A DNA stretch of 64,000 nt, taken from NCBI GenBank assembly GCA_029261135.1, contig JAJDBX010000074.1:92235-156234 (forward strand), read 5' to 3'. Made by a program: the position numbers and the translations under genes. The notes beneath the pieces were generated by a model. That model was not told the origin of the DNA and searched no databases. It worked only from the letters and a program-made list of their open reading frames with translations. Each line of letters opens with the position of its first letter. Within the stretch, counting starts at the first letter, position 1. Of this stretch, positions 57,333 to 64,000 are shown in pieces. The DNA comes from Nitrospirota bacterium. Lineage in GTDB: Bacteria; Nitrospirota; Nitrospiria; SBBL01; JAADHI01.

Positions 57333-58505
57333 TCATCCAGGTAATGTATCTGCACTGAAGGGTTCTGAGGGCATCCCGTCGATCATTAATTTTAGGTATA
57401 TCCGGTAATTAGGGAGCCGTATGAGGTCTCCGGCTGAAAAAGTCGGGTAGAATTCTTTTTCCAACACTTCCGCATCAGAAAGACCGAGCCGAAACGAAAT
57501 AATCGTTCCGGCATTACCCAAGATCGCATCTCGAATCTGAGGGTCAAGTTGTGAGAGATATTGATGTGCCAATACCATCCCTACCCTGTATTTACGCAGT
57601 TCCGAAAGCATGTTTGCCAGACTGAGCGTTGTGAAACTTTGGAACTCATCCAGGTAGATAAAAAAGTCACGACGGCTCTCTTCCGGCACCTCTGCCCGTT
57701 TGAAGGCGGCAAGACCCAAGCTGGTCACGAGTAGTGATCCGAGAAGGGTTGTCGCATCTTCTCCAATTTTTCCCTTGGATAAATTGACGAGCAATATCTT
57801 TCCTTCATCCATGATCTTTCTCAGATCAAACGAGCTTTTAGGTTGTGACAGGATGCCCGAAAGACGCGGGTTTGCTAGAAACGCCCCTACCTTGTTTTGT
57901 ATTGGCGCGATGGCCTCTTGCCGGAAGCGAGCCGTGTAGCTTTCAAATTCTCGCATCCAGAACCCCCTTACTTGCGGATTACTTACCCTTGCGGCCACAT
58001 TTTTTCTGTAGGCGGCATCTTCCAAAAGTCTCAAGATATCTGACAAGGTCGCTTGGGGCTGTTCAAGCAAAGCCAGAAGCGCATTTCTTAAAATATGTTC
58101 CAGACGCGGCCCCCAAAAATCGGGCCAGAGTTTTTTGAAGGTCTCCAGAAGCCCGGAAGCCGCCAGCGCTATTCGTTCAGGGGGTACACGTTCAAGAGGG
58201 TTAAAAAAGAGCTGTTGTGTGTTATTTGGAATATCAAAATGGATCAGATCCTTTTTCCGATGATCGGGCAGGGTCGTCATGACCTTCTCAATAAGATCCC
58301 CGTGAGGATCAAGGAGCGCAAATCCATTTCCTGATTCAAGATCACGTCGCATCATAGTTTCCATTAAAGTCGATTTTCCTGTGCCTGTTTTTCCAATGAT
58401 GTAGGTATGAGAGTGTCTGTCTATGTGTTTAATCCCAAAAAGCTTTTTCTCTGTGCGGAAGTTTGTCTTGGCAAAATATGTTACAGGGTTGTCGGATCGT
58501 GGCAT
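57333..58505 (-). CDS. stand-alone TraD/VirD4/TrwB-type P-loop ATPase (paralog of the 986-aa protein core)
   Basis: 390 aa. Walker A GKTGTGKST, Walker B FFIYLDEFQSF and RKYRVGMVLAHQ. Colinear with residues ~385-760 of the 986-aa protein (DPxGD, WGPRxExILR, GKIxxxNxSKG, GED). No TM segment. Confidence 0.7.
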   Translation of the reverse strand: MPRSDNPVTYFAKTNFRTEKKLFGIKHIDRHSHTYIIGKTGTGKSTLMETMMRRDLESGNGFALLDPHGDLIEKVMTTLPDHRKKDLIHFDIPNNTQQLFFNPLERVPPERIALAASGLLETFKKLWPDFWGPRLEHILRNALLALLEQPQATLSDILRLLEDAAYRKNVAARVSNPQVRGFWMREFESYTARFRQEAIAPIQNKVGAFLANPRLSGILSQPKSSFDLRKIMDEGKILLVNLSKGKIGEDATTLLGSLLVTSLGLAAFKRAEVPEESRRDFFIYLDEFQSFTTLSLANMLSELRKYRVGMVLAHQYLSQLDPQIRDAILGNAGTIISFRLGLSDAEVLEKEFYPTFSAGDLIRLPNYRIYLKLMIDGMPSEPFSADTLPG

Positions 58506-58652
58506 TTCTTCATGATGAAGGCTTTAGCCTCATGTTCAAAGAACGGTAAGTTGTCCTATAGCCATAGAACCCCTTCCTTTCTGTTTCCACCTGTTCACAT
58601 AAAGTAGACATGTTCTTTAAAAAAACATGAATCCCATAAAAGGAGATCTGCG

Positions 58653-59495
58653 ATGGCACAGCAAGAACTTGAAAGAAAAAAGGACAGAGTTGGAACTCAA
58701 CTCCTGATCATTTCCAAGGTTGGAAATGGGTTCCGGGTTTATTCCCCGGAATCTCCGGGGCAGTCATATATTGTGGGTTGCGGTCATAAAGGGCCGACCT
58801 GCACTTGTCCCGATTTTCAAACCCGCAATGGCGATCCGAAACAGCGATGTAGTCATATCATCGCCGTAAGAGAGCAAGTGGGGGAGTTAGAAGACATCTT
58901 TCCTCAAACGCAAGCGGAGCACCAAACCGGTGAGCAGGTGCAACAAGCCGACTCAACGGTTGCGCATCAGGGAACACAGATGCACATCAAACGAAGCGTC
59001 AGTCCGGATGGACGGATCGACTCGTTTTCGGTTTCCTTTTCCTGTGGCGTGGACATGAAGACAGTGAACGAGCTTGTCATTCATGCCACAAAGATGCTTC
59101 AGATCCAGTCTGTGATTGTCGGAAGCTTCTTGCAGAAAAAAACCAAGGAGAATGGTCAAACGACAACCAAGCCGCAAGAAACAAACGGTGTAGTACCAGC
59201 CAAAATGCTCACCATCGGCGGAATGCCGGGGAAATGGGGACAGATGCTTTTTATTAACGTGAAAGTAGATGGAATTGGCAAAGTCTTAAAGCTCTTCGGG
59301 AGCGTGAAGCAACTTGAAGGCCATTTGAGAGACTCCAACTTTCCACACCTGGCTCCGACGAGCATCAGAGAGGGAACTCGTTTAAATCACCCCTGCCGGG
59401 TCACGACCAAACCGAGCAGTGATGGAAAGTATCTGAATATCATCAAGGTCTTTCCGCTTGAACAACAAAATGGACAGGGGAGGAACGGATCATGA
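58653..59495 (+). CDS. SWIM zinc-finger protein
   Basis: 280 aa with an AGGAG SD. CTCPDFQTRNGDPKQRCSHIIAV fits the CxCxnCxH SWIM signature. The C-terminal ~170 aa are unrecognised. Confidence 0.6.
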   Translation: MAQQELERKKDRVGTQLLIISKVGNGFRVYSPESPGQSYIVGCGHKGPTCTCPDFQTRNGDPKQRCSHIIAVREQVGELEDIFPQTQAEHQTGEQVQQADSTVAHQGTQMHIKRSVSPDGRIDSFSVSFSCGVDMKTVNELVIHATKMLQIQSVIVGSFLQKKTKENGQTTTKPQETNGVVPAKMLTIGGMPGKWGQMLFINVKVDGIGKVLKLFGSVKQLEGHLRDSNFPHLAPTSIREGTRLNHPCRVTTKPSSDGKYLNIIKVFPLEQQNGQGRNGS

Positions 59496-60307
59496 GCGAA
59501 GTCATTACGGAGGAAAGTAAAGAACGGGCGGCAATAAAAAAAAGCCCCCATTACTCATACTCCAGTACGAATAAGTATCTCCTCTGCCCAGAGCAGTACC
59601 GCCTCTATTACATTGAACAACTGAGACCCAAGATTCAATCTGCCAATTTGGTCTTTGGAAAGGTCATACATCGGGTCTTGGAGCATCTCGTCATCACAGG
59701 GATAGATCCGGTGAAGTTCTTTGTGGGTGAGTGGGATAAGCTCAAAGAGGTTCCTTTGCGATACAGCAAAAAGGAGTCATGGGAAAAGCTCAGTGGTATT
59801 GGAGAAGGACTTCTTCGGAAGTTTCAAGAAGAGGCACTTCCCAAGTTAGGGAAGGTTGAGGCGACGGAAAAGCCGTTTGAGTTCAAGGTCACTGGTTTGC
59901 CCCTCCCGTTTATCGGGTTTATGGATCTCATTGCTGAGATCGAAAACAAAAGGACGGTAGTTGACTACAAGACCTCTGCTTCGTCATATGGATACTATGA
60001 GGTGGCTCTCTCAGACCAACTCACCGCCTACCAGCTTGCAGAGCCGGATGTGGAACAGGCGGCATTTTGTGTCTTGGTCAAAACAAAGACACCCAAGATC
60101 GAGTGGCATTTCAGCAGGAGGGAGCCAGAAGCACTGATTGCGTATATCGAAAAGCTTGAGTTTGTTTCTGCGCAGATAGAGGCCGGGAATTTCTACAAGC
60201 GGCCTGGCATGTGGTGCAGTTATTGTGACTACCTAATGGTCTGCATGGGAAACAAGAAAAAAGTACAAGAGACATTGGTGCAGATTAGTCCCAATACCTC
60301 TTCATAG
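59492..60307 (+). CDS. PD-(D/E)xK nuclease of the Cas4/RecB-exonuclease type
   Basis: 271 aa. The ATG overlaps the SWIM gene stop (ATGA). Contains GFMDLIAEIENKRTVVDYKTS (D...DxK), an N-terminal Cys (YLLCPEQY) and a C-terminal CSYCDYLMVC, the Cas4-like Fe-S cysteine pattern. Confidence 0.65.
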   Translation: MSEVITEESKERAAIKKSPHYSYSSTNKYLLCPEQYRLYYIEQLRPKIQSANLVFGKVIHRVLEHLVITGIDPVKFFVGEWDKLKEVPLRYSKKESWEKLSGIGEGLLRKFQEEALPKLGKVEATEKPFEFKVTGLPLPFIGFMDLIAEIENKRTVVDYKTSASSYGYYEVALSDQLTAYQLAEPDVEQAAFCVLVKTKTPKIEWHFSRREPEALIAYIEKLEFVSAQIEAGNFYKRPGMWCSYCDYLMVCMGNKKKVQETLVQISPNTSS

Positions 60308-60314
60308 AAAAACG

Positions 60315-60346
60315 AAGAGTCGGAATATATCCGGCTCTTTTTCTTT
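60315..60346 (+). terminator. intrinsic terminator after the Cas4-like gene
   Basis: AAGAGTCGG (60315-60323) pairs with CCGGCTCTT (60331-60339), with one G-U pair and a 7-nt loop. It is followed by TTTTCTTT. Confidence 0.6.
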
Positions 60347-60500
60347 GCACTACAGGTTTTCTCGACATCTAACATATTGATTTTTATAAGTTTCCTTTGC
60401 AAAGGTTTTGATATAGGAAAAAGGAACCTTTAAACGACAAAAGAAAGAAAAATCCTATCCCCCTGTCAAAAGGGAACCTTCTCTGTAAAATATAAACTGT

Positions 60501-62933
60501 TTAAAGGTTAATTTTATTTAAGCTGTGCGAAAAAACTTCATTTTTCGATTTCTCTAGCAGAATATCTTTTAAACCCTCCCAGTATTCTTTTATAACAGAA
60601 CGGGAAATTTCTGAGAGAATTTCATAGGCAAGCGCTGATTCAAATTTTAACCACTTTTCGCTCATTATTATCTGAGTTCTTGATGAATTTAGATCCAAAT
60701 CCATCGTGCCACAAATATCGACAATCAAAAGAATGGGTAATGGCCAGACCAAACTCACTTGGTTTTTTTGCATAGACCATGATTCAGGGAACAAGCTTGA
60801 AGGGACTTCAATGCCATGTAGGGAAATTCGAGATTTAGAGTGTACAAGGCGGCTGGAAGAATCTGATGAATCAATCCCGCCATCCTCATCAATAGTGATT
60901 GATGTTGTATCTAAACTAATTTCTTTTCCACTTAATCTAATTGCTTTCTCAAGATCATAGTTTTCATCGTCAATGGTAACGGATTTTTTCGTCATAGAAA
61001 TTTGACCTGTAGGGATTCCATGGCTTTCTAAAACAGCTACAACGGCAGAGCCAACGAATCCGACATCAGGATTATTTAACTCAACAGAAAACTCTCGGAT
61101 ATTATCATGTTCATCCCATGAATAATTTTTCAACGATGATGCTTTCAATTCCTTAAAGCTATTTTCGTCTCTAGTTTTCTTCTTAGACTTGCTTTCAATA
61201 GAAATCTTGAATGAAGGATTTGGGACGACATTTTCAACCGACTGAATGAATTGCTCTTCATCCATTTTCTTCCAAGGGTTTTGCTGCACTCTCAAAAAGA
61301 GTTTTGTCGTAGTTCCAGGTGTTTTCCTTTGGCCGGGCTTTATCCAAAAGATACTTTCTTGACCTTCTATGGTCAGGTTCAGTGGATCACTTGACTCATG
61401 AGGTTCATAAACCTTTCGTGTATCGACATCCACCGTGTCAGCAACCATGAAGCATGACAGAATACCAATGCCAAATCTTGACGTTGGCGTAAACTTTGCC
61501 TTAGATTGTGATTTTAGATCATAGAAAGCAGAAGATTTATAAAACGATGATCCAACTTTCGAGTAATAATTATCGATAACGTGTTGATCCATTCCAATCC
61601 CGTTATCCTCAACTTCAAGTATATCCTCATTATCAACAGTGTAATATTTAACTTTAATTTCGGGATCGTAGGAATTCCCCCAGCTCATCTCCATAGCTTT
61701 TCGTAATAAACAGGCATCAATGGAATTCTGTAACAATTCCCGTAACGCAACCTCTGGATCACCATATAATTTTGTACCCATTAGTAAGTCAATAACCTGA
61801 TTTTTACTTAAGTTAAATTGCGTCTCTCTGTACAAAAATTCTGGCTTTCCACCTATCATTTTCTTTGTTTCGATTTTTGAACGATTAACTTTGAAAGGAA
61901 TTTTAATCGTCAAATTGCGGTTAGAATTCTTATTATATTCATTTAGAGTCGAAAAGATGTTATTGCAGGCGCTTAGTTCCTGATCGATAACATCACAAAA
62001 TGCGTTTATGGATGATTGAATTGCAGGATGCGAGCACTTTGCATGAAATTGAATAAGGTTAGGACTGATAGTCCAAGCTTCAACAGATCTATGTTTATTC
62101 CATTCTTGAATAGATATAGGATGCCTTACAAAAAGGTGTGAGAATAGAATAGAGGGGGTTCGTTTGGCATCAAAATCAAGGAGATCAGCTAATCGTAGTA
62201 TAGCTGCGACCATTGGCAAGCATGCGAATGTATCAGGCCCACAAAGATAATTTTGGTCTAATTCAAGTACCTTCAGTGCATCTTCGTTATGACTAAAACA
62301 GATGCTGGCGAATTCAACTGTAAGGTCGGCATCCCTGTAACAAATTTTATTAACCCAGTCTCTCTGTATTACTTCACGCGCTCGGTCTGCATGAGTAATT
62401 CTAATGTAGTCAGAGATAAGATAATTCTTTGCCAATTCTGTTGCGCTGGCATTACCTTGCTGAATATAAGAGTTAATTTGATCTATTTGATCTGGTCGGG
62501 CAGCAGAAAACCGCTGAAATAGTTCAAACTCTTTTTCTTCGCGCTCATTTGTAAATTCAGGTTCTGTATCAAAATATTTTTTCCAAGCCTGAACGTCTGC
62601 TTCATCAGGTGCCATTCCTATGTCATGGAAAAAAGCGCTTAGAATAAGAAGCATAAGTTCAGGAACAGAAAGTTCTTCAATCTGCTCAGGGGATAGCAGC
62701 CGTTCCATTAACGCCAATACACGGAACAGGTGGTCACCATCATGAAGTGTAAACTCCCCCATATGCTTCAGGATAGTTTTTGTCCTTTGGAATGCATAGA
62801 AGGTCGCATCATTTATAAGCGTTAGCACGTGGCTCCCCGCAGGATCATTGTCACATTTCTCTTTTAATACGATAAATATATAGCTTTTTGCTAAGCGCGT
62901 CTGTGTTTCAGCATGCCAGTCGTCGTAAAGCAT
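60501..62933 (-). CDS. HD-domain phosphohydrolase fused to an Hsp90/GHKL-type ATPase
   Basis: 810 aa. The N-terminal HD is GDHLFRVLALMERLL...SAFFHDIGMAPDE. The C-terminal Bergerat fold is ALRELLQNSIDA, EVEDNGIGMD and SRFGIGILSCFMVADTVDVDTR, which resembles HtpG's FGVGFYSAF.VAD block. Confidence 0.7.
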   Translation of the reverse strand: MLYDDWHAETQTRLAKSYIFIVLKEKCDNDPAGSHVLTLINDATFYAFQRTKTILKHMGEFTLHDGDHLFRVLALMERLLSPEQIEELSVPELMLLILSAFFHDIGMAPDEADVQAWKKYFDTEPEFTNEREEKEFELFQRFSAARPDQIDQINSYIQQGNASATELAKNYLISDYIRITHADRAREVIQRDWVNKICYRDADLTVEFASICFSHNEDALKVLELDQNYLCGPDTFACLPMVAAILRLADLLDFDAKRTPSILFSHLFVRHPISIQEWNKHRSVEAWTISPNLIQFHAKCSHPAIQSSINAFCDVIDQELSACNNIFSTLNEYNKNSNRNLTIKIPFKVNRSKIETKKMIGGKPEFLYRETQFNLSKNQVIDLLMGTKLYGDPEVALRELLQNSIDACLLRKAMEMSWGNSYDPEIKVKYYTVDNEDILEVEDNGIGMDQHVIDNYYSKVGSSFYKSSAFYDLKSQSKAKFTPTSRFGIGILSCFMVADTVDVDTRKVYEPHESSDPLNLTIEGQESIFWIKPGQRKTPGTTTKLFLRVQQNPWKKMDEEQFIQSVENVVPNPSFKISIESKSKKKTRDENSFKELKASSLKNYSWDEHDNIREFSVELNNPDVGFVGSAVVAVLESHGIPTGQISMTKKSVTIDDENYDLEKAIRLSGKEISLDTTSITIDEDGGIDSSDSSSRLVHSKSRISLHGIEVPSSLFPESWSMQKNQVSLVWPLPILLIVDICGTMDLDLNSSRTQIIMSEKWLKFESALAYEILSEISRSVIKEYWEGLKDILLEKSKNEVFSHSLNKINL

Positions 62934-62951
62934 TTTATTACTCCTATATTT

Positions 62952-64000
62952 TTACCTCTGACTTAGCGTCCGATACCATTTTCTCTGAGGTGGGTTCTGC
63001 GTATCATCATATTTAAAACACTCAACCAGATCATCGATGGATTGAAGCACACCAAGGAGAACATGGGCAGTGATAGGTGTCCCGCTTCCAGTTTCATAAT
63101 GACTTACATAATTTGCGATGATTGCAGGTGCGTGTCGATTACTAAAGTCCGTCTGTTGTTTCCCATCCAAGACAAGGCTATTAGCCTGAAGATGAAGGTT
63201 CAGAGTGTTTTTGATTGCGTCTAAAGCATTCCCTACGGTTCTATTGTCGCTCTTAATGGCATAGTCAGGTGGCACAAGTATTTTTACCTTGGAAATGATC
63301 TGCGATAACTGAAACTCAAGATATTGCCGTACTAAAGGCGCACCAACATCTATTTGTCCTGAAGATAGGTGGCCGTGTGCTAATGTCCTCAGGCGGAGTG
63401 CGTTTTGCTGATTGGCATACACCCTTCCAGTTGGCGCTGCTCCTTGAAGCTTTTGATGATACCAACCCGGCTCGCCATTAATTCGATCAAAATATTTTTC
63501 TAAAAGGGAGTCGTGGCTCAATACGATGAATTGCAGACCATCAGCATTGGTAGGGCATTGCAGTTTTGTTCTTAGTAATTCCATCAGAGCAAATTGATGG
63601 CCACCGTCAAAACTTGAAGTTATATCGTCAAGGATAACAAAGCGTGCTGAACCTGTTTGTGTTGCTGCAGCCGCAAGAAAGATTGAGGCAGCAACGGCAT
63701 TACGATAGCTTTCAGAAAGAACCGCCCTAGCGGAAATGCCATTTTCACCATAAAAATTTTCAAGATTGAGGTCAACATTTTCACTATTTGCGGCTCGAAC
63801 AAGTTGAGGCTTCATGTCAATGCCACCTCGCATTAGGTCTGTAAATATAGCCTGATAATCAGTCTGTATCTGCGCAATTCTCTGCGCGGACAATGCTCTT
63901 TCAGCTGACCCGACGGCTAACGAAGCACTTGTTATAAAGCTGCGCCAGCGTTCTCGCCAAGCATGATGCACTGATAATTTAGCCAACACTTTTTTGGCTG
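62952..64000 (-). CDS. ABC/SMC-like ATPase, C-terminal half only (N-terminus beyond the window)
   Basis: The frame stays open to the window edge (...AKKVLAKLSV). Signature-like LSESYRNAVAASIFLAAA, Walker B/D-loop ARFVILDDITSSFD and H-loop-like VLSHD. A ~180-aa C-terminal domain follows with RQYLE ... NYVSHYE. Confidence 0.6.
   Translation of the reverse strand, partial: AKKVLAKLSVHHAWRERWRSFITSASLAVGSAERALSAQRIAQIQTDYQAIFTDLMRGGIDMKPQLVRAANSENVDLNLENFYGENGISARAVLSESYRNAVAASIFLAAAATQTGSARFVILDDITSSFDGGHQFALMELLRTKLQCPTNADGLQFIVLSHDSLLEKYFDRINGEPGWYHQKLQGAAPTGRVYANQQNALRLRTLAHGHLSSGQIDVGAPLVRQYLEFQLSQIISKVKILVPPDYAIKSDNRTVGNALDAIKNTLNLHLQANSLVLDGKQQTDFSNRHAPAIIANYVSHYETGSGTPITAHVLLGVLQSIDDLVECFKYDDTQNPPQRKWYRTLSQR

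Larger units (their letters stand above)
42099..64000. mobile_element. tRNA-Gly-associated integrative genomic island; left end at the tRNA, right end not found in the window
   Basis: The integrase stops 28 nt from the tRNA 3' end and has Xis-like and AbrB-like genes upstream. Content switches to methyltransferases, nucleases and orphan ATPases, with AT-rich patches. Confidence 0.7.

Overview
A 64-kb window from a diderm (Gram-negative-type) bacterium, almost fully coding. There is no rRNA, CRISPR array or IS transposase. Positions 1-42,000 are ordinary chromosomal backbone. They hold a PfkB kinase and mtnP, then miaA-mutL. A complete Tol-Pal cluster follows (tolQ, tolR, TolA/TonB-like, tolB, pal, cpoB) and carries an extra OmpA/Pal paralog plus a coiled-coil lipoprotein. 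Next come tRNA-Asp and tRNA-Val, a Reg_prop beta-propeller lipoprotein, moaD-moaE, patatin, an epimerase and tlyA-dxs-ispA-xseB. After these are a LolA-like protein, a GNAT, an O-methyltransferase, a histidine phosphatase, an ABC-2 exporter pair, moaC, a DUF481 outer-membrane protein, an MMPL/RND exporter, a LOG-family protein, thrB and fbp. tRNA-Ala is followed by decayed REC and GGDEF fragments, then rmuC, a chemoreceptor, an ABC_ATPase-family protein and an MscS channel. At 42,027 a tRNA-Gly(GCC) is followed 28 nt later by a tyrosine integrase. Everything from there to the window edge (at least 22 kb) reads as a mosaic integrated island whose right end I could not find. The island contains three gene sets that I cannot assign to any named system. 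(1) A co-directional operon at 43.7-51.3 kb encodes a small Cys/His protein, an apparently circularly permuted vWA/MIDAS protein, a NYN nuclease and two small membrane proteins, one with double zinc ribbons. It continues with a 986-aa TraD/VirD4-type ATPase fused to wHTH and nuclease-like domains, and two DNA methyltransferases, with no recognisable restriction enzyme, relaxase or T4SS. (2) A stand-alone paralog of that ATPase lies next to a divergent SWIM-protein plus Cas4-like nuclease pair. (3) An ABC/SMC-like ATPase, truncated by the window edge, sits directly upstream of an HD-Hsp90-like GHKL fusion protein. An ECF transporter with an HD_3 nucleotidase is island cargo between these sets. 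All functional calls rest on motifs read by eye from the supplied translations and my own translations. No database search was run.
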